Counted from the stretch's first letter, positions 35,140-49,932 are shown. The stretch: 64,000 nucleotides of DNA from Tubiluchus corallicola (GCA_030141605.1 JAQGDQ010000080.1:62001-126000); one strand, 5' to 3'. The notes: generated from the letters alone by a model not told the origin. Program-made: numbers and translations.

Positions 35140-35308
35140 TGTAGCATGCGGATGCGTTTTAATGCGGACAGCCTGCGGATAAAAATCAATAGGAAATAGC
35201 ACAGGAAAGAATAACGCATACGCAAGCTGCATAAATGGGTGCATTGAAAACATGGTATAAACTGATTTTATCTATTCCGCACATCCCAAAACGCATCCGC
35301 ATGCTACA
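35140..35308. mobile_element. MITE-like inverted-repeat element
   Basis: Perfect 21 bp inverted repeat tgtagcatgcggatgcgtttt (35140-35160) / aaaacgcatccgcatgctaca (35288-35308), plus inner gataaaaatca / tgatttttatc. Confidence 0.75.
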
Positions 35309-36404
35309 TAAATCACATTTAAGCTTACAGATATGTTACAGATACCGCCACAATTATTTTTTTTTTGAATTTTGAAAACGCCAGAAAATGCATATCTGCA
35401 TGTTACTCAGTAAAAACAAAAACCTTTAACAGGTGTCTTGTTAGAATGTTTTTTAATTAATCTCAATAATATGGTTTCCCTATAATTATATACAAGTATA
35501 AGTATGTATACAATACCAACGTGTATAAATATTTTGTTTTCTTGCCACACCATTCTTGCTATTCGATGTCCTATGGACACTCACTGCACTTATTTGGAAA
35601 TCGTTTAAATCAGGTCAGGGACATTTTTGGATATTTTCAGGGCGAATTGTTTCAGCCTTGCGAAACTTCCTCCGATACGCTTATGAAAGGTTTCATAGTA
35701 CGATGAACGCTTTCAAAAATTACATCCTCAGTTTTACAAACAAATTCCGCATTCCCAAGATGACATTAATAATGCATATCTGCGGATATTTCAATGTAAA
35801 CAGATAAAACAATGGCTAAATGACACGTATGGGAATTTAGCATGATGCGTACAGTTGTAATCTGACTTATAATTAATTTACGCAAAGTGATAAGAAATAC
35901 TGCACTGTAGTCTAATCTAAAGTGTAGTCAGCAAACAGACTCACAACTAGAAATCCGAATCAGTCTCTGTACTTCTGCAATAAAACGTACACAAACAAAT
36001 GCATTTTCCTTGTTAAAAGTTATCTGATTGAGAATTGTTTCTTTTCGTCCAACAGTTTAAACGCACAATTAATGTCTATCAGCTATTTTGATACTTTTAA
36101 TTTTGAAAATCCACACTATTGCTAAATTGTTCTAAATTATTCAGAACTTTTGTCATCAACTTGCCTTATTAACACATAATTTGAAAATTTTCCGAACGCT
36201 TCATTATGGAATATGGACGCGCGACGCTTTCTGAAAACAGCTTAACTTTACACGTATATTTCTAGTTTGTCACCAAAACAGTTGTAAAATTATAAAATCT
36301 CATAGCAAACACATCATACAAGTGATCGTAGGTGACAAAAATTTCATCTTTCACCAAACAGTTTGTAAAGCTGAAAACAAATGTGTGTAATTAAAATCAG
36401 GTAT

Positions 36405-36804
36405 ATAAACCTTTTCACAGTTTCGTTGCGCGCACGCGTAAGTGCTGCGGGTCAAAGGTTAAGCGTACCACACACAAGACAGCAACGCGTCTTAACTACA
36501 ACCGTCACATGACATGTGGGTAAAGCAAAGCGTCTGCCGTATCAGTTTAGCAACTTAGTTGTTTTACGTGGAGTTTACTTAATTATGCATTAGTCTGTGC
36601 GCAGAGTAATTTACTAGCAGGATCTTGCTTGGGAACAAGAAAAAAATCAACTAGGTAAGGTTCTAGCTAGCTGTTAAAACTGTTAGTATTAGAATAGCGT
36701 GAGCTTCGAGGCGTTGTTAAGTGTACAGAAACGGGTGGCTGGTACACTTAACCTTTGACCTTTTCATGATCATCATCAATTGCTAGAACTGTGAAAAGGT
36801 TTAT
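36405..36804. mobile_element. Foldback/MITE-like relic with two nested inverted repeats
   Basis: ataaaccttttcacagtt (36405-36422) / aactgtgaaaaggtttat (36787-36804), and ggtcaaaggttaagcgtacca (36450-36470) / tggtacacttaacctttgacc (36740-36760). Confidence 0.7.
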
Positions 36805-39329
36805 TAATTAAAGAGAATTAGGCCCTACAGCTGATTTTAGAATAAAACTACCTTATAACTATAGTTATAGTTATTCAAGTTATTGTTTCTTAAAGTTTAA
36901 TAGTGTATATTATGAAGCTCCTATTCATTAATTGAGTAGCTGCTTATTTAAGACAACAACCTAATTTAATTGGTTTCTCTTTGAACGCCAGATTTTAAGA
37001 GAACCGTGTGAGATTAAACGTAATGAGGCTTGCCACGAACACCAGACATCTCCAAAACCACATCATGCTGTCACAGCACCCTTCATTAAGCGAGGGGAGC
37101 GTGGCGCACAGACCACTTAACACTTTCAAGCACCCTTACATCCACATGCTCACAATGGGATATTCTCTCTATATTTTCCCTTTGGCTGGCTTTCTATAGT
37201 TCATCCTGTTACGAACAGGTGTGGTAGGATGATTTGTTTCCAGCTTGAAAAGCATAACATCACATTGTTTCTCAGTGTCCGGGGTTGCCTCGGACGGGTC
37301 AGCCATTGTCCTTACCTGAGATAAGGCTAATCCATTTATGGCTGGCGGGTTCAGACAATGGGATTAAATGTGCCCCAGGAATATTCTCTAAGTTATAACG
37401 ACAATCGGCTTGAGTTACGCAATTAAGATAATGGTGTGTCCTATTAGATGAGGTTATAAATTTTAGAACAAAAACGGCTTCTGAACTAACGGTGTAATGG
37501 ACTGTTAAGGAAATTTGTGATAATTAGAGGCGCTTTTTGCTATTGTTTCCGTGCACGCGTCCGTCCACGTTTTAGCACAATGGAAGACCATGGCCTTAAC
37601 TCTATTTGTGACCTAAAAGAGGATAATGATTTGATAACCCGGCTGAGTACCAGAATACCGAACGATGCAGAGAATGTAAACAAAACAGCGAAGTGGGAAA
37701 AATAATCTGAAATACAAAGGGTGTTGTGTTACGCATGGTTCAAAACAGAAAACAGACATAGCTAAGAACATCTCTGATTAATTTTCACCAGTTCGCCTGA
37801 ATATGCACGCCTAAGTCTGTGAGCAGGTAGATTAATAATTTTTCATCATACGTTATATAAGCTGCTCAGCCTGCAGTTACTGATCTTCTTCACATGTAAT
37901 GTAGAACAGAATACAAGACTCATAAAAGAGGGTGGACGGTTGCTTGACAAGTAGCATGCTGAATTAAGTCGAAAGAAAGCCAAATGAACGTATTTGGCAA
38001 CAATTTTTTTCACTTCACTTACGTATCAAATCGAGCGCTATAACAGTTAAAGCTCAAATTTGTCTGAAAGGTTCGTTATTCAGACAGCTAGGAATAGACC
38101 CTTTGCGTCATTATTTGTGCAGAAAAGCAACAATAGTGTGAAACGTGACAAGAGAACAGGACACTGTTTTCCCATTCACATGTCTGTTGATGAAAATACT
38201 ATAATGTTACACACAAAGGGACATAGTTTATTGTACGCAGCACATAATGTTGGTTAGCAACAGGTATCACCGCTCCCATTTAAATTTTAACGAACGTGAG
38301 GGTACCCCTGCATGTGCTGCACACAATGCGAACGTAAAGATAGCATATATAAATATATAGCGAGGAGAATATATATATCACATTCTTTTATGAAACGAGG
38401 AAGGATAATTAGTTGCTGATAGAAAGTAAGGAGATGGTGTTATCTGGTTTTATTTTGACTAAATCTGGTTGAACGAACAGGTGACTGTTGAGTGAAACCA
38501 TTTTATTAGAGCAGAATTATCTTAATTAACACCATAAACCGATTATGTAATCAGGATTATGTAACTGCGTGTATCCTTACAAATGGCTGCCTTATTTAAT
38601 TTCAGTTTAAAAAGCTTTTGGTAGTAAACAACTGAAGGTCTCTTTAATGCATTATTGATGTTCTACGCTTTCTTCTGGAAATAACCAAACTTCAAATAAA
38701 TAAGTTCATACTTACTAAATGCATAGCTTGGTGGTAATTATGTCGCGGAAACGGTAATTATAGTGCGCAATATTATTATTTTTAACAATGAAATTACACC
38801 GGTGTATTTCGTTGCTCTGCATGATATGCTTGTTTCTAAGATGACAGGTTAAATACGTTATTAAACGGTTTGTCCTTTTTGCGCATTATACAGGTATATG
38901 GAAAAAACATCGGTGGTTACACTTACTTTTGCAAGTAATTATACAGGTTTGCAATTAATATGAAAGAGGATGTTCAGAAATGAATGCTGCTGTACGTGTC
39001 CCTTCTTTTCATTGAAAAGCTACAAAAAAGTTACATAAAATAATATGGAAAAATTGTATTAATCTATGGTTTACAGCAAGTTGAACTTAAAATACTAATT
39101 AGTTAATGGAAGCCAAGTGCTGTGGCAGATGAAGTCAATCAAACAGACACAATTCGCACAGCATGAGAAGTGCTTTGTTCAATTTCAATTTTCTATAAAA
39201 TATTATTACTCTTTATCGTGTATTAATAAAATAGCAAAGAAAAAGTTGCTTTTTGTCTGGTTGCCTAGTAAAAGCAGGCAGTTTGAAATAGTTGAATGAA
39301 TGACTGAATTGGAACTGCAGGGAAACCAG

Positions 39330-39700
39330 ACAGTCGTCAATAGTGTAACGCCTCATTCATGAGTTTAGCTCGAAAACCACGGAGGGCTGTTTATTCAGCA
39401 TGAAGTATTTATCAAAAATTCCCTTGGGCGTCAACAGAACAATATTGTGCAGCTACAAGAGCTCACATTGTAACCCAGAGCAGCGAAAACAGACGTGACT
39501 AGACCCAAAACAAAATATTCTTTCTATGGACACAATACGAGACTGATCAAACATTAAGACACAAAAGCCACTAACAGGGAAACTTCTAAATATTAAAAAA
39601 AGAAAAAAATTTGGTGATTTCGACGACATCTGTAATCCAAAGGAAATGCAAGAGCAGTAATGGCCAGAGATAGAGCATCATTGCTTTAAACCATGAGCTG
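39330..39700 (+). mobile_element. Decayed 3' end of an RTE-type LINE
   Basis: Frameshifted remnants in the expected order: LSKIP(W), KYSFYGHNTR, TGKL..KKRKK, FDDI, MARDR, resembling RTE C-terminal motifs RIPW..YFGHI.R..GK..GKR.RGR..W.D..A.DR. Confidence 0.4.
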
Positions 39701-40696
39701 GAAGACAGTCTGCGTTGACAAAAACTGCTACTTTTTAAAAGGTAAGTAATCTGACTTTACAGCATCGAAAACCAAAAATTTCATGCTTCTAAATTTGATG
39801 ACTATATTCTCAGGGGAGTAGAGTGTCTCGAAGTATTAACAAATTTTAACAAAACTTGCCTGACAAGTTCACAGTGTATTTCAAATTCAAGCTACTTTGT
39901 TTACTAAAGGGATTATGATGAAAGACATCTTTGTTCAACTGTGATAGGGTTACTGCGGCAACTTTAACTGTGCCGCAGCGGCTACATTGTTTGATTTTGA
40001 ACAGAATGAACGGATAACAGTCAAACATTAGAGACAGGTAGAAAAAGCCCGAGGAGAGGAAGTAAAAGCATGCTTCAAAAGCGCTGTATAAACGTATAAA
40101 CCCCTTCAAAAATAATTTAACTAGAATGTAAATTTCATTCGAGAACATATACATATATTGGCTAGTAGCTGCAAGACTTGTGAGTGTTCTCGCATACAGG
40201 AGAGTAGTAACATAAATATATAAAACCATGCACATATTCACATTCACGGCAACCTTATTTTACTGCCTGCACTGCCCATAAAAGTTCAATTTTCCAAGCG
40301 CAGGATGTACATGTAATCTTCATATGTAAATTAGAATACGGAAAATGAAGAATACAATCTAATCGCCTTCCCATGCCCTCAGGTATAAAATGTTCTCAAA
40401 TGCAATCTGCGTCCTGATAATAAAGTAATGAAAGCTGCGAATTGGGTTTTGCTTGTTTAAGAAGTTAGAAGCCAGAATGGCAGCAAAATAATTAAAAAGT
40501 CATGAAACTACTAAAGGCTGGAATACTTGCAGACATGAACTGTCTTCTCGCTCTAAGTATTTAATTAATAGGGCTTGATCAAAATTTTCGTTTTATACAT
40601 TTCGCTAGGTTTACGCAATTACATTGTGTGAACTACAGTCACCTTTTGTTAATTCGCCTATAGACTCATTACAGAAATTATTGTTGCTAATATATA

Positions 40697-40772
40697 TACA
40701 TACGCACGCACGCACGCTCGCACGCACCCACACACGCACGCACGCTCGCGCACACACACACACACATATATA
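40697..40772. repeat. Mixed (CA)n/(CACG)n microsatellite
   Basis: cgcacgcacgcacg...cacacacacacaca. Confidence 0.85.
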
Positions 40773-43700
40773 TCTTCGATTACACGTACACGCAGCAACA
40801 GTAGTGTCACGTGATTAGGGCATGAATTAAATGACAAATGACAATTCACCAACAAGGAACAACGAAAAAGAAAGTTCGCACTCTGATATTGGTTAAGCCC
40901 AGCTCACCAACTTTTATGAACAACCCGAGGAAATACTTATGGCTGTGACGCAATATAACGAGGTGCTTCGCTTTTCTTCACCAGCAATTAACTTGCGCTG
41001 CCATAATTCATTATAAATGAGAATCATAATGCTGACGCAGACCAGTGAAAATAGCAAAACAAATCCGCAGAGAAGCTGTCTTGCGTCTCAGTTAAACTAC
41101 CTAGTTACTAATTAATGACTTTGAGTGATGCTTCGTGGTAGAGAGTCAGAAAAGAAACTACGTTAAATGAAAACCGAACGATTGATCAGACTCAATCTCA
41201 TCTTAATTTACTTTCCAAAATATACATTTTCTTACCTATAAAAGTTAGCAATTGTTTCTTATATTTGAATAATTAGCTTAGAATGTTAATTAACGGCAAC
41301 CGAACACAGCTATTGCTTACGTCAGAAGCTAATCACAGTTTGTGCAATGCTAGTCATCCTCCCTCGCGCATCAAGCACGTTTGCATAAGTGTTACTGCTT
41401 AAACGCGTGACGTCACGAAAATGGGCTCTACGTCATATGACGTCAGAAACTAACACTGGAGTTCATGATCATGGTTATCACGGTACCGCCTTCGATTTGT
41501 CGGCCATGCGAATGTGACAAAAAGGCGCTGTTGCCAATTTTAGTAGATTGAACCGCGCGTAGCTCTGAAAGTTTAACGAAATTTGAGTATCCGAGGTAAT
41601 TATTATTTAACCTAAGCTTTAATTTAAAAAAAAACAATTGTAGTTTTCAATACTTTAGAGCATTCTTTATTCTAAAGTAATGTTTACACATTCAAGTATC
41701 GTGAAAGGTTTGAAAAGTTGAAACAATGGCATAGCTTCTACCAAGACTTTGACCACCATTAGATAACGGTTAAACATTTTCTAACATAATTCGTTATGTC
41801 CAACTGCAGCTATGGCTTACAGACTCTCATATTAAATTTGCTGAGATTTGTTGACATGAACGGTTGCTGAACGTTGCTCCCCGCAGGAAATTTGTGATTT
41901 CTCGCCAAGAAATAGAAATTATAGAGCGATAAATTATCTGTCAATATCGTGTACAAAGATTATAGAGGCGTTATTGACTTGGCAATTTCGGAAAACACGA
42001 TTTACCACTTAGGTAATGAGGAACAAGCTTTGGTAACTCTTCGCCAGCAGTTTTCAATGCCGTGAAGGCTTGTCAGAATTATATAAGACATCCGCTGGTT
42101 TCTCGAATGACTTCCTATTGCATTTTGTGCCGATTTTTAAAGATGTCTGACAAACTACTACCATGTTGATGCAATGTAACGCAATGTATCGTATAATAAT
42201 TGGTCAGTGTTACTCAAGCAGTGCATTCGAAGTTTTGACATTAAGATTTTATTTACTTTAGTTATGTGCGAAATAAAACACCTCACACAGCAAGGGTTGC
42301 AGGATTATATGTATGCCCAGTAGTATTAATTACCAATAGTGAGTATTTTCGGAAATAATGCCACGCAGTATGGCTTTGCACAATGACTGCTCATTCCGTA
42401 TTTTCCGTATGAGCCTTATTTTTAATAAGAAAACCAATGTTTCTTCGACTATAGATATTACTTTTGGAAAAAAACAGTAACAATCGAACTAGACAGCAAA
42501 AGAGTAACAAGCGAACTAAGCAGCAAGCTATAGGAATTCTTGGTTGCAGAGATTCTTTACGCTTTGAATTTAAAACAAAAGCAGATTTTACGACTACTAA
42601 TATATATAGATGTTTGGAATGAAATAAACCTGTTGAAACCTGCAAAGCCTGTGCTGCTACAATTAACCCCTCCTTCAAATTGAAAATTTTGCTGCCAGTG
42701 GCTCTTTGTCAATAATCTCCGCATATTATTAGGTGTGTCATTCTTTTAAAGGGTTTCATCCGTGTAGTTATTGTTATGTCAAAACGAGTGATAAGCATCA
42801 CTGAGAAGTGTGAAAACTGTTAGCATGCTTTTTTGCCAATCACATTGAGTAATCTGAGTTTTCACTTATATATTAATCACCAACATACTGTGACTAAACT
42901 AAGAAGTAGGCACCAAGACAGACTAAGTGGAACTTCCGTGTCTTACAAAAACCATCGACATCTTCGGAATAACAACGAACTGTTTAAAACACTTGAAAAT
43001 CTTTCAAACCAACAGCTGCCGAATTCCTAAACAGGACGCGTGCAGTCTTGTTATAGACAATCACTTAAATAACCTCGGCAGGCAAATGCCACCATATCTT
43101 GGCATTGCAGAAAAAATGGTCTGGAAAGAAAAGATCTTGCACAGATCAGTACCAGTAGGAAGACTATTAGACGTCTGTTAATGGCAAATAATAGTCGTCA
43201 ACGCTTCTAACTAAACCCCGCATTTTTATGATTACTGCTTAATATTAGTTCATCAGTGGACACAGATCCACAATCTGGACGTTGCACAGTTATCATGGCT
43301 TCCTTTAGCTGACTTTGCTGCGGAACTAGCAACAATATCTCGTAATAATGCCAATCGACAATTTAAAAATGAGCGTCTGTGGAAAAGGGCAGCGCTGTTT
43401 TGCACAAATGACACACAGATAATTATATCAAAGGAGTGGAAGTCTGGAAGAATAGAAAGCAAATGAGTGTAGTGTTCATTACAGTCTCGGTGAAATCCGT
43501 CGGTTACAAGACAAAGATATTACTGCTGCAGGAAGCCACATTCCGAGTGTAATTTTAAAGGCAGGTATTGCTTCGCGCAGGATAACCGGCTTCTTAAGAT
43601 ACAATTTCATTTAACACTCTCCTTTTACCTGCATGCTTACTAACTGGTTGCGATCTGGTAACAAAACGGCAAAATAAACGCACGTGTGCCAGTTCTAAAA

Positions 43701-44217
43701 AATAGTCATAATTGGTAGCGAAGATTGCAAGATGTTCTTAATTAGATAATTAGATTTTTAAATACTCCAGGTTTAATTTTACATGAGGTTTACGGTAGGT
43801 AATTTTACCTGGACACACAGCTCCACAGTAATGCGTCGACTGTTTTTTAAGTAGCTTAACTAGTTGTTTATTTTTAGCGTTGGGATCTTTTTATACAGTA
43901 CACTGTTGTTAAAGAAATTCTTCTATGAGAGAGGTTCTGAGAAAGAGCTATACATAGTTTATACGCTATTTAATGAGACTTCATTAAGCAGAAAGCAGAG
44001 CTGGGATTACAAAGCAAAAGGACCTTCGCAGACGTATCAAAGAGTCTTTGATGTTTTTGAGAATCACAGAAACAGCAACCTATTTGTATATGGACGCTGA
44101 AATCGTTAAAGTAATGGGAAGGAATAAAGGCAGGGCGATATTAAAAAAGGTCGTCAGACAAACGGCGTACTTTGAAGGTATTTCATTATAACTGTAAACT
44201 GTAATGTTGCATTTCAG

Positions 44218-44556
44218 AACTAGAAATGCGGGCACTGGGCAAAACTTGCGTTTGTCTTTGACATCGTGACCTTGTTCCTTAACTATCTGAAATAGAAATC
44301 AAAGGGTTTCAAGATGTTGCTCTGACCTATCCGCTTGTCAAGTTTGGGGATTATAGCTTCGTCTGTTTGATGTTGTGATCTTGACTTTTCACCCTTTGAA
44401 CTTAAAATCAAAGGGGTGTCAACTCTTGCCCAGACATATCCCTGTGCCAGGATTGGTGACTGATTATAGATTCATCCGTTTTCATTTTACTGTGCGAAGA
44501 GACGCACACAGACAGACAAACAAACAGAAAGAGAGACAGACAGACACGCACGCACG

Positions 44557-44598
<42 letters not shown>

Positions 44599-44665
44599 CA
44601 CACACAAACACATTATGGGGAACATTCTACTTAGTTATTCCACCACTTTCGATCTGTAGATAAAA
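44218..44665 (+). mobile_element. HINE/Helentron-like non-autonomous element with microsatellite
   Basis: Begins aactag, two degenerate cores of about 110 bp (gtga-cttg...aaatcaaaggg at about 44268 and 44376), then acag/acgc/ac microsatellite 44505-44610 and a terminal gataaaa. Confidence 0.6.
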
Positions 44666-47352
44666 GTTAGTTTCTTATTTTTTTTCATAATATTTGGTGA
44701 CTTTATCTTTTATTCCCAGCTCCAAGAGGTGCTGAACATGAAAGCATCAAGGCAATCCCGCAACCTCGAAGGCCCATGCAAGAACTTTCTAAGCTTGCTG
44801 CAACAAGCGACAAAATATAACTCTTCCTAAACTACAGAAAGTAAAACCCAGGGCTCAAGTAACACGAATCAAGCTTATGGCATACATGGCATACACTTTT
44901 TGGTTTTTGCGGGTAGTTTTTCCACGTCGACTAGGAAATAATGCCGCCGCTCAACGTTTCATGTTTACAAACAAACATCGTCACCCATTAGCACAGATAA
45001 ACCAGCAAGAGAAACTGCATACACCCTACTGAATTAAGCATTAAACAGACATGATTAGGCAACATGTGGGTGAAGACTTTGGTTGTTTGTTATGTCTTTA
45101 GAAAGCCGATATGGCGCTAGGCTTTGGGTTATGAAAGGCTGTGCCTAGGAACACAGTGGCCCCTCAAGGTTCAGCTTAGCGGGATTTCGTGTTACACAAG
45201 GAATACCTTGTGAAAATGTTGCAGGATGCTTTAGGTTCCCCATATTAGCATCTGGTAAACCTGCCGTGAGTGTATGGGAGTGAGAGTTTACATTTGGAAC
45301 ATCTAGATCTGGATGAGATCATGAAAACAGTTAAAGGACAAGAAAACGCTTTACTTACATAAACTTTAAAAAATTCGCTTTGAAATTTCGTATCATCCAT
45401 ATACAGCCTCATTGCGCACAGAGCTTACATTAGCAGCGACCCGACGCGACGCTGTAAAACTGAAGTTCCTGCCAGTCCTGCGATGACCGTTAGGTCGCAG
45501 TTATTTCAACGGTAGGTAGTTTTAAACAAGTTTACATAACATTGCCTACAGTTTGAAAAAATAATCGGAGCATTATTGACGCACACTGTACTAACTATAC
45601 AAAAGCATAAAATTACTTTATCTTGTCAATAAGATTAATATAATGATTTTGTTGAGTCAATGACGCACACTAGGAAGGTGAGTCAGTGAAGCTTTATTAG
45701 ATGGCGCGAATATTTTAAATTATTAAGAATTTTCTATTTCTGTTATGTAAGTCTTTCAAACAGGTAATGCAAGGTAATATAACTTCGTATGGAAAGTGTT
45801 TTTGGGATATCCTTTAATTAAAATGACATTTTCTTCCCCTTTAAAGGAAAGCTTTCTGCTTTTTTGCTTTTTTCAGAAATCCCAAAATCGGCAGTAAAGG
45901 CAACAAGCGCCTGGGTGGGATCATGGGGTGGGGGCTCAAAATAAGCACCAAATGTTTAACCAAAATCAACCGAATGAACAAGTAAATACAGTACACTTAA
46001 TGTGAAATAAAATATAAAATTTAACACACTTAATGCGAAATAAAATAAAAATAAAATAAACAATTTTTTTTGAGCTATCAAGATAGCTAGATATAAAGTG
46101 CCGCACTCTAATAGAGCCTTGACTGAGTAAACGAGCAAACGTTTTAGTGTGAACATGCTGTACCGCACGCCAAAAAAAGAAAAAGCAATTAATGCACACT
46201 TTCATCTAATATTAGTCGCTTGAGAAATAATATAGTGGATACCTCTAGTTTGAGGTTCTATTACACAGCATGTCACCACACAATTTTGACTTAGTCCAAA
46301 CGAAACTAGTTTTACTCAGCGTGAGAGCCACGGCATTATGGTAACCGAGCACATTATTGGCTCTAATGAATACAGCTTTCTGAGCTTCTGTCGTGTTGCC
46401 TCAACTTGCACACGAGCGCTTCACTGATTTACCGCACTAATAATGTCTAGATTAGTCTAATCCTACTTTAATCTTACCCCACGGGCTGGACACGTCCGGC
46501 TTTGAAGTTCGTGGCGAGAAAAACAGACACATTTTCAGACCTATGCAGTCGCAGAAGATGCAATGATTTCAACATACCGACATTTATTGATGATTAAGAA
46601 TTAGGAACTCTAGATTCTAGGGACTGAGTGATTGCTCAAACACTGAACCAAAAATTTGTTATTTGAGATCCTATTAATTCACGGTAGCAAACACTTGTAG
46701 GGGGAGGGTTGGGGGATAGCAGAATGACTGGTCAGGTCAGCGACCGAACTTAACCAATGCAAAGTCTGGTTAGTAAAAGGATGTGCGATAGCTAGGAAAA
46801 GTACTGGGCGTTTCACGCTGAAACACAGGGCGTCATACTGCCGCCGACTATTTATCCCGTCAAGGGAAGGTGTACAAGCTTGTCTTGACGACGCTTTTGT
46901 CAGTTTAGTCTCTATCTCACATTACCACAAACACAACTATTAATCGTTATCCTTAAACTTTAAAGCTTACAAGGCTTCTCATTTGGCTGTATCACGCACA
47001 TTGTTCCCGATCCAAAATCCTCGTTCTTGCACGTGTTCATGTATCTTCACTGACATAATTGTTAAGGAAGCCAACGATCATTTGCTCCCTAATGATCTCT
47101 GGAAGAGAAGAAATCAAATGGCATGCTTTGTATATCGCATGAAAACCTATCTAAACTGCCTAACTTATTGATCCCTATTATGTGTTCAAGCGAGTATATT
47201 CTTAAAATAAAGATCTGCTGTAGTAAAATCGTTTACTTTGCAAAAATCATTGTATAATCATTTACGTGCTCTTCGTCGTTGCAATTGTTACAAATGAGAT
47301 ACGGTCCATGTAATTAGAAGACAGACTTTGAATCTTGATGTTATCGGCGACA

Positions 47353-47423
47353 TTACTAAAGTCTATCCTCTGTCTAGTATTATACTGTTACCTTACTAAA
47401 GTCTATCCCCTGTCTATTATTAT
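47353..47423. repeat. 31 bp direct repeat
   Basis: ttactaaagtctatcc-ctgtcta-tattat occurs twice, 40 bp apart. Confidence 0.8.
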
Positions 47424-49753
47424 CTGCCCAATTTGACGTCCAATCATTGCCGACTGAAATGTGTTGAACTGACATTTGAGTAAATGTCATCCACTCAACG
47501 TCACCGTTTATACAATCAAAGATTGTCCCCCGTCTGGCGTAGAAGCTTAGTTGTCTAATGCGTTGAAGTTTTTGAGGTTGAGTGATCACCATGTTTAAGT
47601 CACAGTTCCTTGTCTTATACTACACAGAAGAACCCAAAGCTTGCTTGCCAAACTCTACTTTTTTGAGTTGCAAGTTTCTGTAGTTTTAGCGCTGACTCAG
47701 AGATTCACAGGGAGAAGCCTAAGAAAATGTACGTGTCTAGGTGAAAATTCTGAATTGAGTGCTGTTTATTTTTTTTGCAGTACACTGATGTCTGTCGCCT
47801 TTCGAGCAATTTCAGATTCATTTGGATGTAACTGTAGGGTCCCCAGTTACATTTTCTCCCGAGCATCTCGAAATGAAACTATAAAACGAGGCTTAGGAAA
47901 TGAAAAGCACCATGGTATCTTACTACTCTAAATTACGAAGAAAAGACTGTTGGGTGGGTACGTAGTCTTCATTTTAACTATACCATATGAGAGATCTGAG
48001 AAATGGAAATCTTTGTACATTTGAGTGCCTTGAGAATGAATATAGGTCTATACGCTGGTTGCTCAATTTCAGCAATCAGTAGTTTTGATTATTTGGACTT
48101 AGCATACAGAGGGCGGAGAATATACACTGTTCGCAAAACAAACTTTTCCTTGCTGCGATTGTTACAAACGAGATTGTCCTAGTACAAAGAATGCATAATA
48201 TTGTGGATTGATCTGAATTTAGTGTATTAAATTTTAAGTTGTTGAAACCGAGTAACCAACAAACTCGTTTTACAAGCACTGAATCTGAGCAGCAAATTAC
48301 ATTGTCAGGATGCCTTCATATTTGACTTTGGAAGTTGGTAAACTGAAATAAATTTCAAATTATGGTGTGTGAGTAACTAACAAAGTACTTACTTTTTAAA
48401 TTTTTAAATTTGTAGCAGAGTGTATAAAAAGTGTGTATGCTGGGTGTAGAAATGAATGCTAAAACTACATGCACACAGCATCACTTCTGAATTCAGATCG
48501 TGTAGGTCATTCTTACATAAAAGAAAAATGACGATTCGTTTCTATCTTGCAAGAAAACACCAGCTGGGTGGGCAGTTTTCCAAAAACTTTCAGATTATTT
48601 CCTCCTTTTATTATAAAGCAGATATTAATGAAGTTTCTCCGCTTGACAATGTCAGTGTAAATAATTTTCTCTGAAAACAACTGAGTGCACCACAACGAAT
48701 TTTGTCAGAAGGATACTGCCTAATTTGATTTGGCTTCATCGGAGTGTACCAACGTGGATTTGCGAAGCCATGTGTTAAATTGGAAACTGATATGCCCTAA
48801 CAAGTTCCAAGTGATGATGCTGCGAGAAAATGATGGTGATTAAGATCCTATGAAGAAAGGACACGACACGGTTATGTCGTTTGTGTTCTCTTTTAACACA
48901 AGGTGGATATCCATTACAAATAGTTGTAGAGAGTGTGTTTTCGGTTGTTACGTTGTAACACAGGTCAGATGAGGATCAATAGCTAACGTGAACAGAAAGA
49001 GCAGCTAATTGATTTCAATTTATGAAAATTTTGAAAACTGGGATAGTCTTGTGGGTAGAAAATGTAAGGAATTTGCTACCTGAATATGCAAAATGTAAAA
49101 GTCCAAAAACTTTAGTGTTTATGTAAATCGATTTCTAAGCTATCAGAGTTAGAAATGTAAAAGGTTAATTTATCATTATAAGCTGGTTTCATTTAAGTTC
49201 ACTCAAGGCGCAAAATGTAGGCAATTAATAATAATATTTAAAAGAGGCATTTACTATATGACCTGCAGCAATACTACTATGTTACTATTCTGCCGTTGTA
49301 ACATAAGTCTTTTGACTAGATTCAGGTAGGATATGTCTTACAAAGAAACTGTCGGACGAAAAATTCTGCGAGAATTTTACATTACTTTGGTGACCGAATC
49401 TGTTGGCATCATCATAGCATCACGCATTCAGCGCAGTAATTACGTAATCAGCGTGAAATTGAAAGTGAATGTACAGTTGCGAACTGCGGCTTTTACAGAA
49501 ATGAAGCGGGATTCCAGTCCGCTCGAGCAGATAATGTGTATTAGTGTAAATATACTCGACGACATCCTCTACGATTTTTCTCCACGCACTGAGCTGCGTA
49601 TTCTTGTGTATCTTTATTCAGCAGGGATTGTTCTTTTCAGAGACGAAATAAAACATATGGTAAGCTAATCAAATAAATGAAGAAACCCATTAGCTTTGTG
49701 AATATATAGTTTAACTGGCTTCAGTAGCCTTGAATGGAACCAGCGCGTGCATC

Positions 49754-49756
<3 letters not shown>

Positions 49757-49784
<28 letters not shown>
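49757..49784. repeat. (TA)n microsatellite
   Basis: Direct reading. Confidence 0.9.
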
Positions 49785-49932
49785 TACAATGTATATAAAA
49801 AATAACCAAATAACCAGAGCATTCGTAGTACACGCTTCACTAATAAAGTAAAAGAATAGATTGCTTTATCTTGTCAGTAGCATTAATAATATGAATAATA
49901 TGGTTTTTGGTAAGCCAGTGATGTTTATTGTA

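Noticed and set aside
40916-41080. Minus-strand hydrophobic stretch LLCGFVLLFSLVCVSIMILIY as an ephrin signal peptide
   Set aside because: No start codon upstream of the hydrophobic stretch, no ephrin WN..NP motif and no suitable donor
46983-47171. ORF ending LPNDLW..FVYRMKTYL, reminiscent of a CR1/L2 LINE C-terminus
   Set aside because: Similarity too short and weak to call without a search
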